Of a stretch of 64,000 bases of DNA, positions 1 through 10,505 are shown piece by piece (position 1 is the first letter of the stretch; each line of letters begins with the position of its first letter). The position numbers and the translations under genes are program-made. This stretch comes from Candidatus Woesearchaeota archaeon (lineage in GTDB: Archaea > Nanobdellota > Nanobdellia > Woesearchaeales > JABGXB01). The DNA lies in the NCBI GenBank assembly GCA_018675975.1, contig JABGXB010000002.1:1-64000 (forward strand), in the 5' to 3' direction. The notes below the pieces were generated by a model, which saw nothing but the letters and a program-made list of their open reading frames with translations, had not been told where the DNA came from and did no database searches.

Positions 1-1
1 T

Positions 2-2593
2 ACTAATAATATTAATAATGAAATTTTAATTGATTATGTAGAAGATGGTCAAAATGTATTTTATATAAATAATAATATTGTTTATAATATTACAAAAAAT
101 GCAGATAATATAATTTTTAATAATTATACTCAAAAATATCCATCACAATTAAATTCATATTTACAAGAACAAATAAATGTTAAAAAAGCAACAACAGATA
201 AATTAATACTTAATAGTATTGAAAATTTTGATTTAGTTGAATACGATTTAAATAATGTAAAATATTCAAATGGAACACACATAGTTGATGTAAATACATT
301 TGATTTTGCAAACTGGGATTATGATTTTACACCACATATAAATAATGAACGTACATTTTTATACTTGCATAAAAATAATAAGCAATTTTGGTTAAATAAT
401 AATACAGTATATAATGTAACTGATTTTAATGCTGATATTGATAATAGTATTGAAAGTGCATATGAAGAAAAATATCCTTCTGAACTTTTTGTTTGGTTAC
501 AAGAACAAATAAATATTAAAAAAGCTACAACAAATAAATTAATACTTAATAGTATTGAAAATTTTGATTTAATTGAATACAATGCTAATTATGCAAAATA
601 TTCAAATGGAACTGAAATAGTTGAAATTAGTATAGTTGAATATACTGACCTAGATGATTTAAAAAATAAATTTAGTCAGTTTGAAATATTAGTTAATACT
701 GAAAATGAAAATGAAACATATGTTGATAATAATAATAATATAATTTGGATTCATAATAATACAATATATAATATTTCAAGTTCAGGAATTGTATTTGATA
801 ATTATATTCAAAATTATAATTCAAATTTAAAATTAGTATTAAAAAAAGAAATTGATTTTAATAAAAGAACTCAAATTGTTAACTCAATTGATTTAACTTT
901 TATTGAACAAAGTTCAATTGAACCAACAGTTATTAATGAAGATTTTAATTATACTATAAATGATGATGAATTTTCATATATTAATAATAATTACGACATG
1001 ACAATATTAGAATTTAATACAAATAAAATTGGAAATTATACTATTTTTATGAATCAATTAGATTTTGATATTGATTTAATTTTATTTAGAGAAAATGAAA
1101 AAATAATTTCTCAATATAAATTTAATGAAGCTGAAAATTTTAATTTTGAAAAAAATAATAATGATGGTGAAAAAATTTATATTGTTTTAATAAAATATGA
1201 AAGATATTTTTCACCCCCAACAATGGAAGAATTACCACAACTCCCTTTAGCAACAATTAATATCAAGAGAAATGGTATTGGTTGTTTTAGTCAAGTTAGT
1301 AATGTGTGTCATACAGATGGAAATATTTGGTGGAAAAATAGTTGTAATGAATTAGAAGAAATTAAAAATTCATGTTCATATGGTTGTACAATTGATAATG
1401 ATCAAAATATTTGTTTACAATGTACACAAGACTCACAATGTTCAGTTGGTAGTGTTTGTCAAAGTAATACTTGTGTTCAAGTGGAAGAGGTTGAACAAGT
1501 ATCAAGTTGTTCTGAATTTAAAGACGCTATTGAAAATGATATAAATATTAATATTACAAATGATATTGATTGTCAAGATTTTGAAAAAAATAAATGGAAT
1601 ATTCCAAGTTATTCAAAAACTATTGAAGGTAATGGTTTTACAATAAGTAATTTAGTACATAATTATAGATCTCGAAATTCAAAGGAAAGATCAGGAATTA
1701 TATTGAATTCAGATAATGCAAAAATGCAAAATGTTAATTTCAAAAATTATCATGTCTATTGTAGAAGTTCAAATTGTGGTTTAATTTCAGAAGGAAAAAT
1801 AAATTTAGAAAATGTTAATTTAACAGGATCAGTTAGTGGAGGCAATAATGTTGGCTCAGTAATTGGTTCTGGTTCTTTAATTGCAAATAATGTACAATTT
1901 CAAGGAACAGTAAAAGGAAATGATAATGTTGGTGGAATTGTTGGAAGAATGAATCCATATGAAGAAAACAATATTGAAAAAATAAAAGTTGATGCTACAA
2001 TTAATGGAAATGAATATGTAGGTGGGCTATTTGGTTCATCTTCAGCTGGTGGAACAAATGTAGCGAATTGTGTAGATACACATATTAATAATTCATACAT
2101 TAATGTAAATATAAATTCAAATGCATATTCTGGAGGAGTATTTGGTAAATGGGCTTGTAAAAATGGAATTATTGAAAATGTTTATGTAGATGGAAGTATA
2201 AATGCACGTAATTTTTATACAGGTGGTTTTAGTGGAGAGTTCGGATATTTCAGTGCATTTTTAAAAGGAGATTTTTTATTTGGAAAAATAAAAAATTCAT
2301 TTACAAAAGCATCCGTAGGAAATAAGTATATCAAAAAATATAAAAAATCAGGAGTTCGTTGGGGTTCATTTGGACCAGTACATCACTTTATATCATCATG
2401 GAATCATAAGTGGAAAACTTTAAATCAAGATGCAAATGATTGTTATTTTATTGGAAATGATATTAGTGCAGATGGATTGTGTAAAGGATTAAATGAAAGT
2501 GAATTAATTAATGTCAATTCATTTCAAAATTGGGACTTTGAAAATACATGGAATATGACTAATGAAGGACCAAAATTATTAGCATTTAATTAA
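2..2593 (+). CDS. Large surface/secreted protein (5' partial): ~112-aa repeats, Cys-rich module, C-terminal GLUG-like repeats
   Basis: Frame is open from position 2, so the TTG at 365 is internal. LQEQINxKKATTxKLILNSIENFDLxEY occurs twice, 336 nt apart. CTQDSQCSVGSVCQSNTCV module; NVGGIVG/YVGGLFG/YSGGVFG repeats. Confidence 0.75.
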   Translation, partial: TNNINNEILIDYVEDGQNVFYINNNIVYNITKNADNIIFNNYTQKYPSQLNSYLQEQINVKKATTDKLILNSIENFDLVEYDLNNVKYSNGTHIVDVNTFDFANWDYDFTPHINNERTFLYLHKNNKQFWLNNNTVYNVTDFNADIDNSIESAYEEKYPSELFVWLQEQINIKKATTNKLILNSIENFDLIEYNANYAKYSNGTEIVEISIVEYTDLDDLKNKFSQFEILVNTENENETYVDNNNNIIWIHNNTIYNISSSGIVFDNYIQNYNSNLKLVLKKEIDFNKRTQIVNSIDLTFIEQSSIEPTVINEDFNYTINDDEFSYINNNYDMTILEFNTNKIGNYTIFMNQLDFDIDLILFRENEKIISQYKFNEAENFNFEKNNNDGEKIYIVLIKYERYFSPPTMEELPQLPLATINIKRNGIGCFSQVSNVCHTDGNIWWKNSCNELEEIKNSCSYGCTIDNDQNICLQCTQDSQCSVGSVCQSNTCVQVEEVEQVSSCSEFKDAIENDININITNDIDCQDFEKNKWNIPSYSKTIEGNGFTISNLVHNYRSRNSKERSGIILNSDNAKMQNVNFKNYHVYCRSSNCGLISEGKINLENVNLTGSVSGGNNVGSVIGSGSLIANNVQFQGTVKGNDNVGGIVGRMNPYEENNIEKIKVDATINGNEYVGGLFGSSSAGGTNVANCVDTHINNSYINVNINSNAYSGGVFGKWACKNGIIENVYVDGSINARNFYTGGFSGEFGYFSAFLKGDFLFGKIKNSFTKASVGNKYIKKYKKSGVRWGSFGPVHHFISSWNHKWKTLNQDANDCYFIGNDISADGLCKGLNESELINVNSFQNWDFENTWNMTNEGPKLLAFN

Positions 2594-2597
2594 TTTG

Positions 2598-3794
2598 TTA
2601 ATTACACATAATAAATTTAATAAACATAGTTGCATAACTACCCTTAGTTAATACAAATTTAAATTTTAATGTTTCTTTATCAACTAATTCATAATTAAAA
2701 TTATTTGATTTTAAAAATAAATTTCTGTAATCACCTTCTAAACTAATTTGAGGAAGTTCATTTAAAATAAAACTTCTTTGATTAATTTTAAATTCATTAA
2801 AAAAATTATCAATTTCAATTTTTATTTCATCCAAAATATTTACATCAAATTCATTCTCCAATTTTTTTATATCATCATAAAATGAATTTAATAAATTTGG
2901 ATCATAACCAATTAATGGAATTTTTAAATTAATCAATTTATTTATTTTCTCTATTTCAAAGTCATTAAAAAAATAAATATTTTGATTGATATTTTCAATA
3001 GTACAAATTTTTGTTTTAAATAAAATATCAATTAATTTTCCCGAAATTAAATTATATAAATAACTTTGAACTGAATGTAAAAATATCTTTAATATTTTTG
3101 GATTAATTGTATTTAATGCACGAATATGATCAGTATTACTTTTTTGTAATTCTTTAACTACAGCTTTTTCATAATTGTGAAAATCATCAATATTTAATTC
3201 ACAATCAATAGTTTCCATTTCAAAATCAATATTAGACTGTTGTTTTATTAAATTATAATTAAATTCTTTAAAATTTTTATTCAATAATAAAATACCTTGC
3301 TTGAAATTATTTTTTGAAAATCTTTGAGAATCAAAATAATTAATACAAGGTATAAAACCTAATTTAATTTCTATCTTCTTTAATAAATTTAATTTAGAAA
3401 TTGTTAAATCCAATTGTTTTATACAACTTACTCGAATTTCAAATTCATTATTATCTAAATCACCAATTTTTATTGGATTTTCACTCCAACCAATAAATTC
3501 TAATTTTATATCTTTATCAATTTCAATATTACACATAGATTCAGTATATCTATTTAAAGAAATGTACTGACTTGTAATACCATTTTTATCTTTAAGACCT
3601 GCAATACCAAATTGTTTTACACTAATTAAAAATACTTTTGCAATTTTATATAGTGCATCCATTGTAGTAAAATTTGATTTTGTTAATTTTAAAATTACAT
3701 ATTTATGATTTTTATCAGGTTTATTTTTTAATTTTGATTTATTTATAATTTCATTTACAATAAAATCATCATCAGTTTGTTTTATTTTATACAT
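2598..3794 (-). CDS. truD: tRNA pseudouridine(13) synthase TruD
   Basis: IKQxxxDFIVNE N-terminus, GIAGLKDKNGITSQ catalytic motif, NYFDSQRF, LTKGSYAT C-terminus. Confidence 0.92.
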   Translation of the reverse strand: MYKIKQTDDDFIVNEIINKSKLKNKPDKNHKYVILKLTKSNFTTMDALYKIAKVFLISVKQFGIAGLKDKNGITSQYISLNRYTESMCNIEIDKDIKLEFIGWSENPIKIGDLDNNEFEIRVSCIKQLDLTISKLNLLKKIEIKLGFIPCINYFDSQRFSKNNFKQGILLLNKNFKEFNYNLIKQQSNIDFEMETIDCELNIDDFHNYEKAVVKELQKSNTDHIRALNTINPKILKIFLHSVQSYLYNLISGKLIDILFKTKICTIENINQNIYFFNDFEIEKINKLINLKIPLIGYDPNLLNSFYDDIKKLENEFDVNILDEIKIEIDNFFNEFKINQRSFILNELPQISLEGDYRNLFLKSNNFNYELVDKETLKFKFVLTKGSYATMFIKFIMCN

Positions 3795-3882
3795 AATTAA
3801 TAGAAAATTAAGCTATTTAAATGCTTTTTTAATATTTAGAATAATTTATAAATGAAAAAACATTATTTCTAATGAGGGGTAT

Positions 3883-4344
3883 ATGGCAGATTTTGAAATT
3901 AATCCACTAATTTTTATATTTTTAGGGGCAATCATATCATCAATTTCAACAGGAATTGTATATATACGAAAGGATTATGTTTTTTTAATATTTTTTCTAA
4001 TTGGAATTGGATTTTTAACTTATGGATTAGTTAAAAGAAAACACTATCATCAATATATACAAAAATTAGAAAAGAAAACAAAAAAACAAATAAGAAATAT
4101 ACCTGGAATTAATAATAATTTAAATAATAAAATAAGCTCAAAACAAAAATATATGCAAACAAAAAATAATGTACATCATCAGTCTAAAACAATATTTTAT
4201 AATAATTTAAATAATAAACATCAAAAAAGAAATTATATAATATTAAAACATTGTTCACATTGTCATAATCATCATAATGAAAATGAATATATATGTAAAA
4301 AATGTAATAATAGGCATTTTTATTATATGACACACCATAAATAA
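3883..4344 (+). CDS. Two-TM membrane protein with C-terminal Zn-ribbon
   Basis: Two hydrophobic N-terminal helices; CSHC...CKKC; GAGGGG SD-like site upstream. Confidence 0.65.
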   Translation: MADFEINPLIFIFLGAIISSISTGIVYIRKDYVFLIFFLIGIGFLTYGLVKRKHYHQYIQKLEKKTKKQIRNIPGINNNLNNKISSKQKYMQTKNNVHHQSKTIFYNNLNNKHQKRNYIILKHCSHCHNHHNENEYICKKCNNRHFYYMTHHK

Positions 4345-4414
4345 ACATATATAATTACAATTATTATTTCTAATATTTCAAAAACTTAATAAAATATGGA
4401 ATTTCAAAAATCTC

Positions 4415-5668
4415 ATGAACAATTTTAAATATTCTCACATAGCAGACTGCCACATAGGTGGATGGAAAGATGATAAAATGAAAAATATGTCATTAAATTG
4501 TTTTAAAAAAGCAATTGAAATAAGTATAGAAAATAATGTTAATTTTATATTATTGGCAGGAGATTTATTTAATTCATCAATACCTTCAGTTGATAATTTG
4601 AAAGAAGTTGTTAAAATATTAAGATTATGTCTATATCGAAATATTCCAGTATATACAATTGCAGGAAGCCATGATTTTTCACCATCAGGAAAAACAATAA
4701 TAGAAGTATTAGATAAAGCTGGTCTTTTAATTAATGTATCTCGTGGAAATATAGTTAATGATAAATTAGAACTTGATTTTACTGTTGACAAATTAACAAA
4801 TGTAAAAATAACAGGCATTGTTGGTAAAAGAGGCGGACTTGAAAAAAATATTTTTAATAATTTAAATAGAGAAAAATTAGAAATAGAAAATAATTATAAA
4901 ATTTTTATGTTTCATACAGCAATTACAGAAATAAAACCAGCTGGATTGGAAAAAATGGATTCAACATCAATATCAACATTACCTAAACAATTTAATTATT
5001 ATGCAGGTGGACATGTACATTATGTGTTTAAAAAAGAAATGAAAATAAATAATGGTAATTCATTATTGACATACCCAGGTCCAACATACCCAAATAATTT
5101 TAAAGAATTGGAAGATTTAAAAAAAGGCACATTTTGGATTGCTAATGTTGAATTCAATAATAATGAATATAAAACTAATATTGAACTAATCGAAATACCA
5201 AGCCCAGAAGTTAAATGTTATAATATAGATATTGATGGAAAATCAGTAAATGAAGTTAATAATTTACTATTTGAATTATTTGATGAAAATATAAATAATA
5301 AAATTATTACAATTAGAATTTATGGACAAATAAGCTCTGGAAAAATATCGGAAATAAATTTTAAAAAATTAATATCATATTTATATGAAAAAGGTTCATA
5401 TTTTGTTACAATTAACACAAACAAATTAAAAAGCAAAGAATTTGTAAAATATAAAATTCATATTAAAGACAATATTGATCTTGAAAAAAGTATTATAGAT
5501 GAACATTCTGATAATATAAATATAGATTTCTTAAATACAGACAATAAAAGTGCTTTAATTAAAACATTAATTAATTCTTTAAATACTAATAAAATCGAAG
5601 GGGAAAAAATAAATAATTTTGAAGAAAGAATATTTGATGAATTAACCAATATATTAGAAATTGAATAA
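4415..5668 (+). CDS. mre11: Mre11/SbcD-family DNA repair exonuclease
   Basis: HIADCHIG, AGDLF, AGSHD, FHTA, GGHVH, YPGP phosphoesterase motifs. Confidence 0.88.
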   Translation: MNNFKYSHIADCHIGGWKDDKMKNMSLNCFKKAIEISIENNVNFILLAGDLFNSSIPSVDNLKEVVKILRLCLYRNIPVYTIAGSHDFSPSGKTIIEVLDKAGLLINVSRGNIVNDKLELDFTVDKLTNVKITGIVGKRGGLEKNIFNNLNREKLEIENNYKIFMFHTAITEIKPAGLEKMDSTSISTLPKQFNYYAGGHVHYVFKKEMKINNGNSLLTYPGPTYPNNFKELEDLKKGTFWIANVEFNNNEYKTNIELIEIPSPEVKCYNIDIDGKSVNEVNNLLFELFDENINNKIITIRIYGQISSGKISEINFKKLISYLYEKGSYFVTINTNKLKSKEFVKYKIHIKDNIDLEKSIIDEHSDNINIDFLNTDNKSALIKTLINSLNTNKIEGEKINNFEERIFDELTNILEIE

Positions 5669-5798
5669 TAAATAAAAATAATATATATAATTCAAATAAA
5701 ACAAACAAATTCAAGTATGTATATACTTATAATTTAAATACTTTACAAAACATATTATTATTGTCAAAACACACATAAATACATATTAGGTGATTTAA

Positions 5799-6542
5799 AT
5801 TAAAATTATAATTACAGGAAAACCAGCCTCAGGAAAAGGAACAGTTGGAAATTTTATTGCAAAAAAAATGAAATTAAAAGAAATAAGTATGGGTAATATT
5901 ATTAGAGAAAGAATAAAAAAAGATAAAAAGTTAGAAATTCTTGTTAAAAAAAAAATGAATGCTGGAAAATTATTACCAGACAAAGTAATGAATGAAATTG
6001 CAAAAAAATATTTTAAACAAAATAAAATCAAAGATAATTTTATTTTTGATGGCTATCCAAGAACATTATTAGAAGCAAAATATATTACAAAATTATTTGA
6101 TTTTGATCATATAATAGAATTAAATATTACAAATAAAGAAGTTGTAAATAGAATCAAGAAAAGATTAATTTGTGGAGAATTTTCATATATAATTGGAAAA
6201 AAATATAAAATAATTTCAAAAAAAGTTAAAGAGTTAAGAAAAAAAAAAGGATTAAATAGCAAAGAAATAATAATTAAAGTAAATAGCTTATGTCCAAAAA
6301 CTGGAAAAATATTAGAAAAACGTAAAGATGATATGCCATTGAAATTAAAAACAAGATTAAATGAATATAATAAAAAAACAAAACCAATATTAAAATTTTT
6401 TAAAATATATGCAAAAATGATTGAAAATAATAATAAAATAAAAAAAAATGAAAAAAAAATTCCAAAAATTAATATAATAAATGGAATGGGTTCAATTAAT
6501 AAAATACAAAAAAAGGTTTATGATTTAATAAAAAATGGATGA
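5799..6542 (+). CDS. adk: Adenylate kinase (bacterial-type), start extended to ATT at 5799
   Basis: In-frame IKIIITGKPASGKGT P-loop upstream of the tracked ATG at 5868; ISMGNIIR, GKLLPD, FDGYPRT, RKDD motifs; SD AGGTGAT at 5788-5794. Confidence 0.85.
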   Translation: MKIIITGKPASGKGTVGNFIAKKMKLKEISMGNIIRERIKKDKKLEILVKKKMNAGKLLPDKVMNEIAKKYFKQNKIKDNFIFDGYPRTLLEAKYITKLFDFDHIIELNITNKEVVNRIKKRLICGEFSYIIGKKYKIISKKVKELRKKKGLNSKEIIIKVNSLCPKTGKILEKRKDDMPLKLKTRLNEYNKKTKPILKFFKIYAKMIENNNKIKKNEKKIPKINIINGMGSINKIQKKVYDLIKNG

Positions 6543-7200
6543 AAATATATTAAAAAGAAGATCATGTAAAAATTATTTACAAATTCCAATTGAATGGAGT
6601 AAATTAGTGAATATTTTAAAAGCAGGAAGTTTGGCCCCTAGTGCGGGAAATTTACAAAATTGGAAATTTATAGTTATTCAAGAAAAAGAAAATAGACAAA
6701 AAATAGCTAATTCATGTTTATTTCAAACATGGATGAATCAAGCACCAACATATATTATTGTTTGTGGTAATTTTCAAATGGCACAAAAATATTATTTTGA
6801 AAGAGGAAATATGTTTACAATACAATCATGTGCTGCTGCAATGGAAAATATGCTTATTGAAGCGACCAATCAAAAATTAGGATCTAATTGGGTAGGTGCA
6901 TTTGATGAACAAAAATTAAATGAAATTTTAGAAATTGAAGATGAATGGAAAATATATAGTATTTTAACATTAGGATATGAATCTGAAAAAACTGAAATGC
7001 CAAATAAATTAGAATTAAAAGATCAAGTTTATTTTGAAAAATTTAAAGAAAATCAATATGAAGCATCATTATTTCCAATTTCAAATTTAAAAAATGAAAT
7101 TAATAATCAAATAAATAAAACAAAATCAGAAATAATTGGACAAAAAAATAAAATTCAAAAAAAAATAGAAGAAAATAAAAAAAAATTATTAGAAGAATAA
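6535..7200 (+). CDS. Nitroreductase family protein
   Basis: RRSCK, APSAGNLQNWKF, AAMENMLIEA, LGSNWVG. Confidence 0.9.
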   Translation: MDENILKRRSCKNYLQIPIEWSKLVNILKAGSLAPSAGNLQNWKFIVIQEKENRQKIANSCLFQTWMNQAPTYIIVCGNFQMAQKYYFERGNMFTIQSCAAAMENMLIEATNQKLGSNWVGAFDEQKLNEILEIEDEWKIYSILTLGYESEKTEMPNKLELKDQVYFEKFKENQYEASLFPISNLKNEINNQINKTKSEIIGQKNKIQKKIEENKKKLLEE

Positions 7201-7334
7201 CAACCAATAAAGCATTAAAATTGAACGTATATCAATAATGAAATTTCAAAATCAAAGATGAAACTAAAAACCAGAATTGAATTTTAAAATTCAAATATGA
7301 TATTTTTATATATAATAATAAAATATTATTTTTT

Positions 7335-7868
7335 ATGGATGGTGTAGAAGTTCTTGAAAAATTAATTGAAAAAAAGTTATTATTATTAATAAAAACAATA
7401 TTATCTGAACCCAATAAAGAATTTTACCTCCAAGAATTGTCTGAAAAATCAAAAGTACCAATTGCTACCACTTTTAGACTATTAAATAAGCTAATTGAAC
7501 TTAAATTAATAGAAGAAAGAAAGATTAGTAGATTTACAATATATAAGTTATCAAAGAACAAAGAAATAGAATTCTTAAGCAAATTGTTCAAATTTGAGAT
7601 TGATCCAATAAAAGAATTCTCCGACCTTGTAAATGCAAAATTTGCCATTTCTTCAATATATCGACAAGGTGAAAAATCAGACAAAAAATCTAATTTAGTC
7701 ATATTAGGTTATGATATAGAAGCTAATCAAATTTCGGAAATTGCAAAAGAAATAAAGGTTAATTATAATTATTTAATTAATTTCATAATACTTACACCAG
7801 AACAATTTAAACAAATGGAAAATATGGGAATAAATACAAACAAACATCATTTAATATATAATAGTTAA
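7335..7868 (+). CDS. Winged-HTH protein with C-terminal nucleotidyltransferase-like fold (probably degenerate)
   Basis: EFYLQELSEKSKVPIATTFRLLNKL HTH; C-terminus lacks a clear GS..DxD motif. Confidence 0.6.
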   Translation: MDGVEVLEKLIEKKLLLLIKTILSEPNKEFYLQELSEKSKVPIATTFRLLNKLIELKLIEERKISRFTIYKLSKNKEIEFLSKLFKFEIDPIKEFSDLVNAKFAISSIYRQGEKSDKKSNLVILGYDIEANQISEIAKEIKVNYNYLINFIILTPEQFKQMENMGINTNKHHLIYNS

Positions 7869-8114
7869 TTTAGTTTCAATTAAACTCCAAAAGAAAAAAA
7901 TAAAACTAGTTTTCATAACAATAAAAAAACAATAAAAAACCTTATAAATGAAAAGGCCATAAAATTAAGTATAGGCTTTAAATGTTTGATGTTATAGTAA
8001 AAGAGGTTATCAAAAGTAAAATTGAATATTGTTTATTGAAATGAACAATTTTTGATTGAGAATAATATTCAACACCTAATTATAGGTCTAAAAAATAAAA
8101 AGGTAGGCGATAAA

Positions 8115-9191
8115 ATGGAATTTGTGATTGAAAATGCTTTGAAAAATGCAGAAGAGAGTATGCCACAAAATAATGAGATTGGGCATGCAAATATAAAAGT
8201 AATGGGCACCGGCGGTGCAGGATGTAACATGGTTAATTGGTTACATAAAAAAGGTGTGCAAGGCGCAGAAACAATCGCAATAAACACTGATATGCAACAT
8301 ATTAATATGATATCAGCAGATAGAAAATTCTTAATAGGTAAAGAAGTAACTAAAGGATTAGGTGCAGGTGGATATCCCCAAAAAGGAGCAGAAGCAGCTA
8401 AAGAATCACTAAATGAAATTAAAGAAGTTTTAAAAAATTCCGATATGGTTTTTGTATGTGCAGGAATGGGAGGAGGTTCAGGAACTGGATCAGCACCTAT
8501 AATTGCAAGAGTTGCTCAAGATATGGGAGCAATAGTTATTGGAACAGTTACAATGCCATTTAAAATCGAAAGAGCAAGAGTTGACAAAGCAGAATATGGT
8601 CTGGACATGTTAAAAGACGTATGTGATACTGTTGTTGTAATAGATAATAATAGATTAGTTCAAATTGCAGGAAACTTACCTGTACAACAAGCATTTGCTG
8701 TAGCAAATGAATTAGTTTCTACAATGATTAAAGGTATTGTTGAAACAATTGCAATTCCATCATTAGTTAATTTAGATTTTGCTGATGTAAAAGCAGTTAT
8801 GACACAAGGTGGTATTGCATCAATTGGAATGGGAATTTCAGACACAAATAACAGAGTACCTGAAGCAGTAAATGCAGCACTTACAAATCCATTATTAGAT
8901 ATTAGTTATGAAGGATCAAGTGGAGCAATTATACAAATTACAGGTGGACCAGATTTAACATTAGATGAAATTAATATGGCAGGTGAATTAGTTACAGAAA
9001 ACATGTCAGAAAATGCAAATGTTATCTGGGGTGCACGAGTAAGTGAAAATATGAAAGGAAAATTTTCAGTTATGACTATCATGACCGGTGTAAATTCACC
9101 ATATTTAATGGGAAAATCCCAATTAAAAGAAAGAGAATCAAAAACTAAAACTTTCTCTGATGAATTAGGTATTAACCTGATGCATCATTAA
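8115..9191 (+). CDS. ftsZ: Cell division protein FtsZ
   Basis: GTGGAGCN, AINTD, AGMGGGSGTG, NLDFADV; ATG at 8115 follows AGGTAGG. Confidence 0.96.
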   Translation: MEFVIENALKNAEESMPQNNEIGHANIKVMGTGGAGCNMVNWLHKKGVQGAETIAINTDMQHINMISADRKFLIGKEVTKGLGAGGYPQKGAEAAKESLNEIKEVLKNSDMVFVCAGMGGGSGTGSAPIIARVAQDMGAIVIGTVTMPFKIERARVDKAEYGLDMLKDVCDTVVVIDNNRLVQIAGNLPVQQAFAVANELVSTMIKGIVETIAIPSLVNLDFADVKAVMTQGGIASIGMGISDTNNRVPEAVNAALTNPLLDISYEGSSGAIIQITGGPDLTLDEINMAGELVTENMSENANVIWGARVSENMKGKFSVMTIMTGVNSPYLMGKSQLKERESKTKTFSDELGINLMHH

Positions 9192-9231
9192 ATGCCTTAA
9201 TTTTTGCCCCCACAAAAAAATGGCTTAATCT

Positions 9232-9263
9232 TTTCAAGGGATTCAATCCCTTGAAATTTTTTT
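9232..9263 (+). terminator. Hairpin plus U-tract terminator after ftsZ
   Basis: TTTCAAGGGAT-tca-ATCCCTTGAAA perfect stem followed by T7. Confidence 0.7.
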
Positions 9264-9265
9264 AT

Positions 9266-9478
9266 TTAATTAGAACAAGAATCATAATTAGATTTCAAAT
9301 TAAAATTTAATAGATTTAATTGAAGATTAGTATTAATAGTTTTATTTAATTCAAATAATAAGTCATCATTTAATTCAGTAGAATTAATTTCAATATTATT
9401 TGCATAAGCAATTCCAATACCAACAGTTAAAAAAAATAATATTAACAATAAATTAATTATAATTATTTTGAATTTCAA
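9266..9478 (-). CDS. Small secreted protein
   Basis: Signal-peptide-like N-terminus ending AYA; TTG start directly after the upstream stop. Confidence 0.45.
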   Translation of the reverse strand: MKFKIIIINLLLILFFLTVGIGIAYANNIEINSTELNDDLLFELNKTINTNLQLNLLNFNLKSNYDSCSN

Positions 9479-10405
9479 TTAACACCTTCTTTCAGCTCTT
9501 TTCAAATCACGATCAAATTCACTTAATTCTTTTTCATAATCATCCAATTTATCATCATAATGTTTAATATCATCTTCAAGTTCTCCAATATCATTTCGTA
9601 TTTTATCTTTATCAATTTCAGATAATACAGATTTTTTTGCCATTTCCAATTGTAATTTCAATTTAGAAATATCAGATCTTGTGCTAATTAAATTATTTCT
9701 TACATCAGTTAACTCATTTTCTTTTGAAGTTAACTTAACTTTTATTTCATTCAATTGTAAATTTAATAAAGATACATCTTCACCATTACGTTCACTAGTA
9801 ATTATTTGAACTTCAAGTGAATTTTTATTTGATTCAATTTCTAAAATTTCATTTTGAATATTTTCAATTAAGGTTTCAAATTGACTAACTTCTAATTGTT
9901 TCTCTTCAATATCATTATTTAAATTATCAACCTGTAAAGGATTAATTATTAAAGATAAGACAAAAATGTTATCTTCCAATTCAGATTTTAAAGAATTAAT
10001 TTTTCTACTTACAAATTCTATATTTTCTTCAATATCAGAAATTTTATCTCTCAATCTATCAGATTCTTGAATACAATTTTCAAATTTTGAAACTACTTCA
10101 ATAAATTCTTCAGGATTATAATAATTAGATCTTTGAGTATATTCAATATCATCTAATATGTTCAATTGCTCTTTTTCATAATCTTCATTTCTTGCAATTT
10201 TATTTTGAATTTCCACTACCTTAGAAATTAATAAATTTTTTTTTAATTCAAGATCTGAATTTAAATCAATATCTTCATTTAAATTTTTATAATTTTCTTC
10301 TATTTTTTTATTTTGTAAAACATATGCAAAAGTAGATACTAATATAATAAAAATTAACAAAATACCAGCAGTTAAAATTAATAGTTTTTTTTGAGCTATA
10401 TTCAC
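9479..10405 (-). CDS. Membrane-anchored coiled-coil protein
   Basis: N-terminal TM helix followed by long E/K/L heptad-rich region. Confidence 0.7.
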   Translation of the reverse strand: MNIAQKKLLILTAGILLIFIILVSTFAYVLQNKKIEENYKNLNEDIDLNSDLELKKNLLISKVVEIQNKIARNEDYEKEQLNILDDIEYTQRSNYYNPEEFIEVVSKFENCIQESDRLRDKISDIEENIEFVSRKINSLKSELEDNIFVLSLIINPLQVDNLNNDIEEKQLEVSQFETLIENIQNEILEIESNKNSLEVQIITSERNGEDVSLLNLQLNEIKVKLTSKENELTDVRNNLISTRSDISKLKLQLEMAKKSVLSEIDKDKIRNDIGELEDDIKHYDDKLDDYEKELSEFDRDLKRAERRC

Positions 10406-10505
10406 ATATAAAAATTAAAAAATATTTTTATAAATATTACATTAGTAAAAAGATTAGTTCATAAAATGAATAATGGGAAATAGATTATTGAACACAATAA
10501 TAAAA

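Noticed and set aside
8052..8114. TTG-initiated extension of FtsZ
   Set aside because: The ATG at 8115 has an SD-like AGGTAGG and gives a typical N-terminus
9266..9481. Stop-codon readthrough joining 9479-10405 to the in-frame 9266-9478 ORF
   Set aside because: The stop is TAA and the downstream ORF has its own signal-peptide-like start; no other evidence of recoding
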